The notes beneath the pieces are model-generated. The model saw only the letters and a list, made by a program, of their open reading frames with translations, did no database searches and had not been told where the DNA came from. From Spirochaetota bacterium (GTDB lineage: Bacteria > Spirochaetota > UBA4802 > UBA5550), in assembly GCA_016929135.1 (NCBI GenBank), contig JAFGJK010000055.1, positions 22,275-86,274 of the forward strand: 64,000 nucleotides of DNA, in the 5' to 3' direction. Shown in pieces: positions 55,843 through 64,000 of the stretch (the first letter of the stretch is position 1; each line of letters opens with the position of its first letter). The position numbers and the translations under genes are program-made.

Positions 55843-57721
55843 ACTGCATGATGAGCTCGTACACGCCCTCCTCGATCCGCTTTGTCATGTCGAAGCCCTT
55901 GGATTCAAACACGTGCAGCATGGGGAGGTTTTCCGCGAGCACCTCGGCGGTAAAGCCCTGCAGACCCTTCCTCTTGGCGAGCACGGTGAGGTAATCAAGG
56001 AGCTCCGATCCGATGCCGCGGTTATGGTAGTCGTCGCGCACCGCAAAGGCCACCTCGGCGGTGTGATGCTCCTCGTCGATGCTGAGCTGCCCCATGCCGA
56101 CGGCGATCTCCATGTTGTTTTCCACGATCACTGCCAGTATCACCATCTCCTTCGTGTAGTCTATGATGACGAATTCCTGCCGGATCTGGTGCGGGACGTC
56201 GAGCCTGGGGCTCATGAACCGCCGCCGCAGGCTCGTGTCGGAGAGCTTGTAAAAGAGATCCTTTATGAGTGTTTCGTCGTTGATGCGAACCGGCCGGAAG
56301 CGCACCACGAATCCCTTTTTCGTGGTGCGTACGGTCTCCAACTGCTCCGGGTATTCACCCTTCTTCCCCGGGATAAAGGCCTGGTCGCGGTAGATAATGT
56401 TCAGGCGCTTCGCCTCCTCAATGAGCCAGGGCCTGAATTTCGGGTGCGCGATGGAGATCAGGTCCATGGCGCGCTCGCGTATGTTCTTGCCGTGGATGTA
56501 GGCGATCCCGTATTCGGTGATGACATAGCACAGGTCGCCCCGGTTCAGGGTGACGCCGGTCCCGCTGTCCAGGAAGGGGACGATACGGGACACCTTGCCG
56601 TCCTGGGCGGTGGACTGCAGCACAAGGATGGTCCTGCCGCCGGGGGAGAGGAGCGCCCCCCTCATGAAATCCGCGCTGCCGCCGATACCGCTGAAGTAGG
56701 TGTTCCCAATGGATTCGGCGGTGGCCTGTCCGGTGAGGTCGATCTGAAGGGCGGCGTTGATGGCGGTCATGTTGTTGTTCTGGGCGATGATGAGGGGGTT
56801 GTTGGTGTAGCTGATCTCCCGGAATTCGATTGAGGGATTGTCGTCAATGAAATCATAGGTCTTCTTCGTGGCCATGCAGAAGGAGGCGACGCTCTTACCC
56901 CGGTCTATGCTCTTTCTGGAGTTGTCGATCACGCCCTCATCGATGAGGTCCACGATGGCGTCCGTCAGCAGCTCGGAGTGAAGCCCAAGGTGCTTCTTCC
57001 CATGCAACTGGTTCAGAATCGCATTGGGCATGCTCCCGTATCCCACCTGGATCGTATCGCCGTCATTGACGATGCGGGAGACGTATTTGCCGATCTGGAT
57101 CGCGATATCGCTGGGGACGTTGGGATTATACTCAAGGAGTTCCTCCTCACGATAGACTATGTAATCGATGTCCCTGATGTGCACGAAGGTGTTCCCGTGG
57201 ACCCTGGGCATATGGGGATTCATCTGGGCGATGACAAGCTTGGCGGTCTCCATGGCCGTCTTGGTGATGTCGACGCTTATGCCGAGGCTCACGTAGCCGC
57301 TCCGATCGGGTGTGGATATCTGAATCATCGCCACGTCTATGGGGATCATACGTTTTCTGAACAGCTCCGGTATGCGGGACAGGAAGATGGGGGTGTAGTC
57401 CGCCATCCCTGTATTCACCGAATTTCTGGTATTGTCGCTTACGAAAAAGGAATTGTGTCTGAAGTTATAGGTAAATTTCTGGTCGGCGTAGGGCGCGACG
57501 CCCAGAGTCCAGACATGCATCACCTCCGTTTCGGCGAAGGCTTTGGGATGGTTTTCGATATACGCCACCATTGCCTGGATCAGGTACTGCGGCTCCCCGC
57601 AGGCGGTGCTGATGAAGATCCTGTCGCCGCGCCTGATGTTGCAGAATATCTTTTCTTCCGGAGCGAATTTTTCGGGAAATGTATTGCGCCAGTATTCTGT
57701 TGTATCGTTTCGTCTTTCCAT
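55817..57721 (-). CDS. Acetyl-CoA hydrolase/transferase family enzyme fused to a C-terminal GNAT acetyltransferase domain
   Basis: The N-terminal ~480 aa has a family-I CoA-transferase/Ach1-like layout including SGIGGSADFMRGA. The last ~150 aa carry the GNAT acetyl-CoA-binding motif (VRDDYHNRGIGSELLDYLTVLAKRKG). Confidence 0.8.
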   Translation of the reverse strand: MERRNDTTEYWRNTFPEKFAPEEKIFCNIRRGDRIFISTACGEPQYLIQAMVAYIENHPKAFAETEVMHVWTLGVAPYADQKFTYNFRHNSFFVSDNTRNSVNTGMADYTPIFLSRIPELFRKRMIPIDVAMIQISTPDRSGYVSLGISVDITKTAMETAKLVIAQMNPHMPRVHGNTFVHIRDIDYIVYREEELLEYNPNVPSDIAIQIGKYVSRIVNDGDTIQVGYGSMPNAILNQLHGKKHLGLHSELLTDAIVDLIDEGVIDNSRKSIDRGKSVASFCMATKKTYDFIDDNPSIEFREISYTNNPLIIAQNNNMTAINAALQIDLTGQATAESIGNTYFSGIGGSADFMRGALLSPGGRTILVLQSTAQDGKVSRIVPFLDSGTGVTLNRGDLCYVITEYGIAYIHGKNIRERAMDLISIAHPKFRPWLIEEAKRLNIIYRDQAFIPGKKGEYPEQLETVRTTKKGFVVRFRPVRINDETLIKDLFYKLSDTSLRRRFMSPRLDVPHQIRQEFVIIDYTKEMVILAVIVENNMEIAVGMGQLSIDEEHHTAEVAFAVRDDYHNRGIGSELLDYLTVLAKRKGLQGFTAEVLAENLPMLHVFESKGFDMTKRIEEGVYELIMQFGDRYDEN

Positions 57722-57794
57722 GATCCCACATCCTTGACTCTTCTCTATCTGTATTCAATATGTATATATAAAAAAATTAATCAATAGGTAACGG

Positions 57795-57823
57795 AATAAA
57801 TATTATATAGGGGAAACCCCTAT
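57795..57823 (-). terminator. Possible terminator hairpin after the small membrane protein gene
   Basis: The minus strand reads ATAGGGG-TTT-CCCCTAT followed by the A/T-rich ATAATATTTATT, 25 nt after the stop at 57848. The loop is tight and the tail is not a clean U-run. Confidence 0.4.
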
Positions 57824-57847
57824 CGGGAAGATGTCAGCGGGGCCGGT

Positions 57848-58135
57848 CTACCTGCCGGTTTCCTTGCTGTTCAGGATGGTCTTGAGATCGACGCCGCTCT
57901 GGTTCTTCAGTTTGTCGATCTGCTGGATGCCGTGTTTGAATATGTCTGACTTCGATGTGGGAATTCTCTGCCCGGTGAAAAAGAGATAGCCCGCATACAG
58001 AAGCAGAAGGCAGAGGCTTATGGCGACGAGGCCTATGAGCCTCTTAATGAAGGCGAAGAGCAGAAGCGCAGTCACGATAACCGCCACTATGGCGAGGATT
58101 GTGTTGACAGTGGGCGCTGTAACGGTTATATTCAT
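57848..58135 (-). CDS. Small two-TM membrane protein
   Basis: 95 aa from the internal ATG 58135 (MNITVTAPTVNTILAIVAVIVTALLLFAF...). The track ORF extends to 58231, but that extension runs into the tRNA gene at 58199-58272. Confidence 0.45.
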   Translation of the reverse strand: MNITVTAPTVNTILAIVAVIVTALLLFAFIKRLIGLVAISLCLLLLYAGYLFFTGQRIPTSKSDIFKHGIQQIDKLKNQSGVDLKTILNSKETGR

Positions 58136-58198
58136 GAATCGGATACTCTCGCGTCGCAACGATGAACTAGTGAATGGCGATGCTGGAGTGTATCGAAT

Positions 58199-58272
58199 TA
58201 GCGGAGGAGGGACTCGAACCCCCCACACCACGGATATGAGCCGTGTGCTCTAACCGACTGAGCTACTCCGCC
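58199..58272 (-). tRNA. tRNA with anticodon CAU (elongator Met, or Ile2 if lysidine-modified)
   Basis: Hand-folded cloverleaf: GGCGGAG-TA-GCTC-AGTCGGTTA-GAGC-A-CACGG-CTCATAT-CCGTG-GTGTG-GGGGG-TTCGAGT-CCCTC-CTCCGCT-A. G1-U72 wobble. No GGG/CCC run in the anticodon stem, so it is not an initiator. Confidence 0.85.
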
Positions 58273-58278
58273 AAAATG

Positions 58279-58351
<73 letters not shown>

Positions 58352-58361
58352 ATCTTGCAAC

Positions 58362-58389
58362 AAGCTAAAACAATGCCCTTTAATGTCAA
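58362..58389 (-). promoter_or_regulatory. Candidate sigma70-type promoter for the tRNA-fMet / tRNA-CAU pair
   Basis: The minus strand reads TTGACA-16 nt-TAGCTT. The -10 ends 10 nt before the mature tRNA 5' end. Confidence 0.4.
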
Positions 58390-58475
58390 CATTTTTTTGC
58401 GAACGTCTCGGTTCGGCCATACGATGGGGCCCGCCGGGAAGTATGACTGCGCGTCACCGCTTCAGGCGGGCCCCC

Positions 58476-58505
58476 TTGACATCGATCGCTCCCTCACAAT
58501 AAATA
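58476..58505 (+). promoter_or_regulatory. Candidate sigma70-type promoter for the patatin-ligA-lnt genes
   Basis: TTGACA (58476-58481), 18-nt spacer, TAAATA (58500-58505), about 105 nt upstream of the ATG at 58611. Confidence 0.3.
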
Positions 58506-58610
58506 TGCGCAGTTCCCGAAACGGAGGCAAATAAAAACGGCGATCATCGAGGTGCCCGTTATGCATGAAACGAAAAATGAGTTGACCTCGTCCCGATAGA
58601 CGGTTATGCA

Positions 58611-59624
58611 ATGGACTGTTCGGTTCGTCGGATGATTAATCCCCTGAAATACATAGTCAAGAGGAAGATGGGCCTGGTGCTGGGGAGCGGCGGCGCCAAG
58701 GGGATGGCGCACGTTGCGGTCATCGAATGCCTCAGGGACATGGAGATCCCCATCCACATGATTGTCGGGTCCAGCATCGGCTCGGTGATCGGGGCGCTCT
58801 ACTGCTGCGGGTCGCTGGATCGGTTCAAGTCCGACGTGCTGAAGCTGGACAAGCGGGGTCTGATATCCTTTTTCGATCCGGTCTTCCCCCGATCGGGATT
58901 TGTCCAGGGGAACAGCATGATGGACCTGCTGGGCCGATATATCCCCGACGGGACAATGATAGAGGATCTCCCGATTCCCCTTGCCGTCTGCGCAACGGAA
59001 TATGAGAGCGGCATGACCGTGGTCTTCCGCAGCGGACGACTCATGGACGCCCTGAGGGCCAGCATCTCCATACCGGGGATCATGGTGCCGGTGAGGTTCA
59101 GGGGGAGCCTGCTCCTGGACGGCGGCGTCGCGAATCCGCTGCCGGTCAATATCATCGAGAAAATGGGTGCAGGCATCATCGTGGCGGTCAACCTGCATCC
59201 CGGGGTGGGGAGCAGGAGGCTCCGCTCCTTTGTGAAATCGGAGATGCACCGCTTCAAGCTCATGATGGATGCAGAGGAGATATCGCCGATCGATAACGAA
59301 ACGCCGGTTCAGAAGGTGAAGGAGAAGGAGGGGAGACGGTGGCTGGAAACCGTGGCGCACTGGCTGAGGACGGAGAGGATCAAGAGGCCGCGGGATGAGA
59401 TGCCCAGCATAATCGACGTGATGTCGAAATCCTTCGACATCATGGAGTACGTGAACACGATGCTGATGCTGAAATACCACAGGCCCACGGTGCTGATCGA
59501 GCCGGAGGTCTTCAACTACGGCACATTCGATTTCAACAGGTCGGGTGAGATCCTCATCGAGGGGGAACGGGCCTGCCGCCGCGCCAGGGGGACGCTGCTG
59601 CGGCGTGTGAAGCTTTGGGTGTGA
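58611..59624 (+). CDS. Patatin-like phospholipase (RssA-like)
   Basis: Oxyanion motif LGSGGAKGMAH, nucleophile elbow GSSIGS, and catalytic Asp motif LLDGGVANPLP. The start could be a downstream in-frame ATG. Confidence 0.85.
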   Translation: MDCSVRRMINPLKYIVKRKMGLVLGSGGAKGMAHVAVIECLRDMEIPIHMIVGSSIGSVIGALYCCGSLDRFKSDVLKLDKRGLISFFDPVFPRSGFVQGNSMMDLLGRYIPDGTMIEDLPIPLAVCATEYESGMTVVFRSGRLMDALRASISIPGIMVPVRFRGSLLLDGGVANPLPVNIIEKMGAGIIVAVNLHPGVGSRRLRSFVKSEMHRFKLMMDAEEISPIDNETPVQKVKEKEGRRWLETVAHWLRTERIKRPRDEMPSIIDVMSKSFDIMEYVNTMLMLKYHRPTVLIEPEVFNYGTFDFNRSGEILIEGERACRRARGTLLRRVKLWV

Positions 59625-59674
59625 TGGGGGATGATATCAGTCCCGGTACCCTTAGACGAAGCATGGAGAATCCG

Positions 59675-61678
59675 ATGGGAACGAGGGAATCTGACGTCAA
59701 GGCGCGGTACGATGAGCTCTGTGATCTGATCACGAAGTACAACCGTCACTACTACATTGAGGACAGTCCGCTGGTGGACGACGCGACCTATGACGAGCTC
59801 ATGCGCGAGCTGCTGACGATCGAGCGGCGCTACCCGAGCCTGAAACGCGGCGATTCCCCATCGCTCCGCGTGGGTGACGAGATATCCCCCGTTTTCTCGA
59901 AGGTGGCTCACGACCCTCCGATGCGCAGCCTGGGGAACATCTTTTCCGAGGAGGAGCTGGCGGAGTTCGACAGGCGCTGCCGGAAGGGCGCGGGTGTCGA
60001 AAGTTGTACCTATTCGGGGGAGCTCAAGTTCGACGGGCTGGCGGTGGAGGTGGTTTACAGGGGCGGAAAGATGACGCAGGGATCAACCAGGGGGAACGGC
60101 TCCGTGGGCGAGGACGTGACCTCGAATCTCGCTACGGTGCGGGCGCTGCCGGTCTTTCTGGCGGGGGAGAATCCGCCCGAGTACCTTTCGGTCCGTGGGG
60201 AGGTGTACCTGACGCACGGGGAGTTCGAACGGCTGAACGAGGAACGTGAGGGGCAGGGGGAGTCTCCCTTCGCCAACCCGAGAAACGCGGCCGCCGGGTC
60301 TCTCAGGCAGCTGGATTCCCGCATCACCGAGAAGCGGAGGCTCGATATCGTCTTTTACGGGATAGGGCGCGTCACCGGTGACGTCATCACGGATCAGCGG
60401 GGGATGTACGAGGCGCTGCGGCGGTGGGGGATACCGGTACCGGAATACTCGACGGTCGGCACCATCGATGAGATCGCCGGTTTCTATCGGTACTGGTACG
60501 AGCACCGGCACGAGCTTGAATTCGATATCGACGGGGTGGTGGTAAAGGTGGCAGATTTCAACACACGGGAGGCCCTGGGGGCCACCTCCAAGGCGCCGCG
60601 TTGGGCCACGGCCTGGAAATTCCCCTCCGCCGAAGCGGTGACACTCCTGGAGTCGGTGGATTTCCAGGTGGGCAGGACCGGCCTCGTTACCCCGGTGGCG
60701 AACCTCAGGCCCATCAATATCGGTGGCGTGGTGGTGAAGCGCGCGTCGCTGCACAATTTCAGGGAGATCGAGAGGCTCGACGTGGAGATCGGTGACATCG
60801 TGACCGTGAAGCGGGCGGGGGACGTGATACCGAAGATCACCGGTATTCATCAGAAGCACGCCGGGCCGGGGAGCGCCATCACCCCGCCGGGGCGATGCCC
60901 CTCCTGCGGCGAGGAGCTGAATCGCGAGGACATCTACCTCAGATGCCGCAACAGGGACTGCCCCTCCATACGGATGGAACGACTCAAGTTCTTCGTCTCC
61001 AAGGACGGGATGGACTTCGAGTTTTTCGGACCGGAGTTGGTCAATCGCCTGCATCAGTCCGGCAGGCTCGCCGGCATGGCGGATTTCTACAGGATCACCA
61101 GGGATGACCTCCTTTCCCTGGACCGTATGGGCGAGAAGCTGGCAGACAAGGTGCTGGAGTCGATTGAATCCCGCAGAAGGATTCCCCTGTCCCAGTTCCT
61201 GAAGGCCCTGGGGATCCGGAACGTGGGTGAGCATATCGCCGGGGTGATCGCCCGGAACGCCGTGAGCCTTGAGCGGCTCATGGGCATGGAGGTGGAGGAA
61301 TTGAAGGGGATTCACGAGGTGGGGCCGCAGGTGGCGGAATCGGTGTACGGATTCTTCCGGGACCGGTCGGTCCTGTCAATGATAGAGGATATGAAAAAGG
61401 CTGGACTTGCGGTTGAGGATGAGGTCACCTCGGTAACGGTCGCGGAGGGCATCGCCGGAAAGACCTTTGTTTTCACCGGGTCTCTCTCGAGGAAAACGAG
61501 AAGGGAGTGCGAGGCCATGGTGGAGGAGCGGGGAGGACGTGCCTCCGGCTCAGTGAGCGGCAAGACCGATTACGTCGTTGCGGGGGAGTCGCCGGGATCG
61601 AAACTGGAGAGGGCCCGGCAGCTGGGGGTTACGGTACTCACGGAGGATGAATTTTTAAGTATGATTGGTGAAGAATAG
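59675..61678 (+). CDS. ligA: NAD-dependent DNA ligase LigA
   Basis: Adenylation motif ELKFDGLAVEVVY (KxDG). OB fold. Zn-finger CPSCGEEL...CRNRDC. HhH region. C-terminal BRCT (GKTFVFTGSL). ATG 59675 follows GGAG by 6 nt; ATG 59663 is an alternative start. Confidence 0.95.
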   Translation: MGTRESDVKARYDELCDLITKYNRHYYIEDSPLVDDATYDELMRELLTIERRYPSLKRGDSPSLRVGDEISPVFSKVAHDPPMRSLGNIFSEEELAEFDRRCRKGAGVESCTYSGELKFDGLAVEVVYRGGKMTQGSTRGNGSVGEDVTSNLATVRALPVFLAGENPPEYLSVRGEVYLTHGEFERLNEEREGQGESPFANPRNAAAGSLRQLDSRITEKRRLDIVFYGIGRVTGDVITDQRGMYEALRRWGIPVPEYSTVGTIDEIAGFYRYWYEHRHELEFDIDGVVVKVADFNTREALGATSKAPRWATAWKFPSAEAVTLLESVDFQVGRTGLVTPVANLRPINIGGVVVKRASLHNFREIERLDVEIGDIVTVKRAGDVIPKITGIHQKHAGPGSAITPPGRCPSCGEELNREDIYLRCRNRDCPSIRMERLKFFVSKDGMDFEFFGPELVNRLHQSGRLAGMADFYRITRDDLLSLDRMGEKLADKVLESIESRRRIPLSQFLKALGIRNVGEHIAGVIARNAVSLERLMGMEVEELKGIHEVGPQVAESVYGFFRDRSVLSMIEDMKKAGLAVEDEVTSVTVAEGIAGKTFVFTGSLSRKTRRECEAMVEERGGRASGSVSGKTDYVVAGESPGSKLERARQLGVTVLTEDEFLSMIGEE

Positions 61679-63292
61679 ATGAAGAGGCTATTGGATTGGT
61701 TGAAAGGGAGGTATTATCTTCTCACGGCAGTGCTCATGTTCCTGTCGTTTCCCAGCTTCGATAGTATCGTATTGAAGGGATTCCCATTCTTTGCCTGGCT
61801 GTCGCTGGTGCCGCTCATCCACGCCGTCAGGGGACTGCGGATGAAGGATGTCTTCACAATCGCCTTCGTCACCGGGTTTTTCGGAAACCTCTTCACCTAT
61901 CACTGGATAGGCAATTTCGGAAGGAGCGTCCCGGGCGGGCCGGTGATGATTCTTTCGTTTCTCATCCCGAGCCTTACCGTGTTTTTCACCGTCAAAATAT
62001 TCATCGCCGAACTGCTATCGAGGCGCTTCGGGCGTCTTCGCCTGATTATCTATCCTTCTGTGTGGATCATCGTCGAATGGATCCAGTCAATCGGGTTTAT
62101 AGCCTTCCCCATGCCCTTCTGGGGGTATTCCCAGTATCCGGTACTCCCCTTCATACAGATTGCCTCGATCACCGGCATCATGGGGGTCACCTTCATACTC
62201 ATCATGTCCAACGCGGTTTTGGCGGAGGCGGTAGACCGGATCGCCGTTGGAGGTCCTTCGCTGCGGGGACTGACGAGATCGGCGGAAGGGAGGCGCCTCG
62301 GGGCGTTCATACTCTTCCTGTGCATCGTCTTCGGATACGGCGCACTGACGGTCCTTACGGCCCGTCCCTCCGGCGGCGGATCGATGCGCGTGGCCGTGGT
62401 GCAGTCATGCATCGATCCATGGAAGATGTGGGTGACCAACAAGTACGCCTACCTGGACGAGCTGAAGAAGCTCACGGAGGAATCGCTGTCGAGGAATCCG
62501 GATTTCCTGATATGGTCCGAGTCCGCCACTCTGGAGCCCATCACCTATCACTGGAACTATGGCGAGCTCAACGATTTCGAGCGTGACCTCATCGACTCGG
62601 TGCGGCGATGGGGAAGGCCTCTCCTTACCGGCGAGATAGGCGTAGTGGAGCGGTGGAGCGGCTTCTACGTAAACCGGTATCCGCAGAACAACGCGGTGCT
62701 CCTGGACGCGAGCGGTGTCCCCCTACTGTCATATGCGAAGATATTCCTCGTCCCCTTCGGCGAGTGGTTTCCCTACGAGCGGGTCTTCCCGTTCCTGCGC
62801 CCCCTGCTCGATTCCTTCGGGGCATCCCGCTTCGTCCCGGGGGAGCGGCCGGTGCTCTTCGAGCTTTTCAATCGTCGGTTCGGCGTGCTCATATGCTATG
62901 AGGGTATATTCCATCGCCTCTGCCGCACATACCGCAACATGGGGGCTCAGTATTTCGTGAACATCACCAATGACGGCTGGACCCACTCCTACAGCGGGCA
63001 TATGCAACATTTCGCGGTCTCGGTATTCAGGGCGGTGGAAAACGGTATCTGGTACGTGCGGGCGGGGAATACCGGTTATACGGTGGTGATCGACCCGTAC
63101 GGGCGGCAGGTGCGCTCCATCCCCATATGGGAGAAGGGGGCGCTGGTGGCAGACCTTGATTTCGGAATGAACAGGCCGACTGTCTATTCCGCTGCGGGAG
63201 ATCTGATCCTCTACTTCGCTATGGTCTTCGTGGCTGCACTCTCGATTAAGCTGTGCTGGGAGAGAATGAAGGGGGGACATGAAAAAGCATAA
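61679..63292 (+). CDS. lnt: Apolipoprotein N-acyltransferase
   Basis: Multi-TM N-terminal half. The C-terminal CN-hydrolase domain has RVAVVQ, WSESA and FGVLICYEG (catalytic Cys). The ATG abuts the ligA stop. Confidence 0.9.
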   Translation: MKRLLDWLKGRYYLLTAVLMFLSFPSFDSIVLKGFPFFAWLSLVPLIHAVRGLRMKDVFTIAFVTGFFGNLFTYHWIGNFGRSVPGGPVMILSFLIPSLTVFFTVKIFIAELLSRRFGRLRLIIYPSVWIIVEWIQSIGFIAFPMPFWGYSQYPVLPFIQIASITGIMGVTFILIMSNAVLAEAVDRIAVGGPSLRGLTRSAEGRRLGAFILFLCIVFGYGALTVLTARPSGGGSMRVAVVQSCIDPWKMWVTNKYAYLDELKKLTEESLSRNPDFLIWSESATLEPITYHWNYGELNDFERDLIDSVRRWGRPLLTGEIGVVERWSGFYVNRYPQNNAVLLDASGVPLLSYAKIFLVPFGEWFPYERVFPFLRPLLDSFGASRFVPGERPVLFELFNRRFGVLICYEGIFHRLCRTYRNMGAQYFVNITNDGWTHSYSGHMQHFAVSVFRAVENGIWYVRAGNTGYTVVIDPYGRQVRSIPIWEKGALVADLDFGMNRPTVYSAAGDLILYFAMVFVAALSIKLCWERMKGGHEKA

Positions 63293-64000
63293 GCGGGAAT
63301 TTCTCAACAGCCGCTTCAAGGCAATCAGCAGGGTCCCCTTCCTGCTGGATTCGCTTGAATCCGAGCAGTGGGACTTCACCGTGGTCTGCAGGATGTTCGT
63401 GGAGACTGCGGGATACCTCAGCTGCTGGATCGCGGTGGTCTTCGAGTCCGGCGAGCTGAAAAGCCTTTCCCAGTACAAGAAGGAGGAATTTTTCACCGTA
63501 CACGGGAAGGTGAGCGACTTTACCATCGCCGATTACGTGAAGGACTCCCTCGTTCACAGCAGTGACTACCTGATAGACGGGGATCCGCTGCTGGAGTATC
63601 TGGGTGATGCCTCGATTCGTGATGACATGCAAATGCATTCGATCACCTTCAAACTGTCATTCAACGGAATCATATACGGGGTGCTCTCCATCATCCTCCC
63701 GGGGGACTACCAGTCTGTCCGGGAGGAGGTGCTGATCCTCTCAGACGCCGTGAAGTCGATATCGGTGTTCCTCTACGATGTCGATGTCCAGGACAGAATC
63801 AAGGACATATTCGTCATCATGTTCGAAACCACCGGCAACGGAACCGCGCTTTTCGAGGATGACACCACCATCTCATACGTGAACAAGGAGTTCGAGAACC
63901 TCTCCGGTTACTCAAAAGAGGAGATCGAGGGGAAGATGAGCTGGACCGAATTCGTGATGCCCGAGGATGTGGAACGGATGCTGGAATATCACCGCCTGCG
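63279..64000 (+). CDS. Sensor protein, 3'-truncated by the window edge (GAF-like N-terminal region followed by a PAS domain)
   Basis: Not in the supplied ORF track. I translated it by hand from ATG 63279 (MKKHKREFLNSRFKAISRVPFLLDSLESEQWDF...): 240 codons with no stop to the window end. The distal part, TGNGTALFEDDTTISYVNKEFENLSGYSKEEIEGKMSWTEFVMPEDVERMLEYH, is a typical PAS core. It overlaps the lnt stop by 14 nt. Confidence 0.6.
   Translation, partial: MKKHKREFLNSRFKAISRVPFLLDSLESEQWDFTVVCRMFVETAGYLSCWIAVVFESGELKSLSQYKKEEFFTVHGKVSDFTIADYVKDSLVHSSDYLIDGDPLLEYLGDASIRDDMQMHSITFKLSFNGIIYGVLSIILPGDYQSVREEVLILSDAVKSISVFLYDVDVQDRIKDIFVIMFETTGNGTALFEDDTTISYVNKEFENLSGYSKEEIEGKMSWTEFVMPEDVERMLEYHRL

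Noticed and set aside
57848-58231. A 127-aa version of the small membrane protein ORF.
   Set aside because: The first 32 codons run into the tRNA-CAU gene (58199-58272) and encode a Pro/Ser-rich non-hydrophobic stretch. The internal ATG at 58135 gives a clean two-TM protein.

Overview
This is a 64-kb chromosomal window from a diderm bacterium: BamA, a Skp-like protein, Lnt and several predicted outer-membrane beta-barrels are present. GC looks moderately high, with AGG/AGA Arg and ATA Ile codons used heavily. The phylum cannot be fixed by eye. The FecR-next-to-cyclase arrangement, RNase Y/YmdB, CdaA and TlyA are compatible with a spirochaete-like or related candidate lineage.

I support about 58 protein genes and 3 tRNAs (Gly-CCC, Met/Ile2-CAU, initiator fMet). 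I found no rRNA, CRISPR array, transposase, integrase or phage gene.

The backbone is housekeeping:
- bamA-skp, yajC-secDF, ribD-ribE and glnA
- an argJ...argD-argF-argG cluster
- coaD, rny-ymdB-dxs-tlyA, folP-cdaA-cdaR, pdxJ and ligA-lnt

Genes are tightly packed, with many ATGA/TGATG start-stop overlaps.

Interspersed signalling and envelope modules carry the second-look material:
1. An operon joining a CoA-transferase/hydrolase-GNAT fusion, an ADP-forming acetyl-CoA synthetase and a catalytic-domain-less Pta N-domain protein. It reads like a split, permuted Pat-type acylation module.
2. A Cache/HAMP class III nucleotidyl cyclase translationally coupled to a 1031-aa FecR / 4x Ig-like / PEGA / PQQ-propeller protein.
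3. A periplasmic TPR protein coupled to a HAMP-PP2C phosphatase. A STAS gene lies beside it and two more single-domain STAS genes lie elsewhere, but no anti-sigma kinase is present.
4. An unknown 204-aa plus ~831-aa pair, the larger protein having a LysM-like tail.
5. A secreted protein consisting only of a T9SS-CTD/FlgD-Ig-like domain, next to a PorV-like barrel, at the head of the folP-cdaA operon.
6. An intrinsic terminator 13 nt upstream of the argD start codon.

All homology calls come from motif recognition by eye. No search or computation was run.
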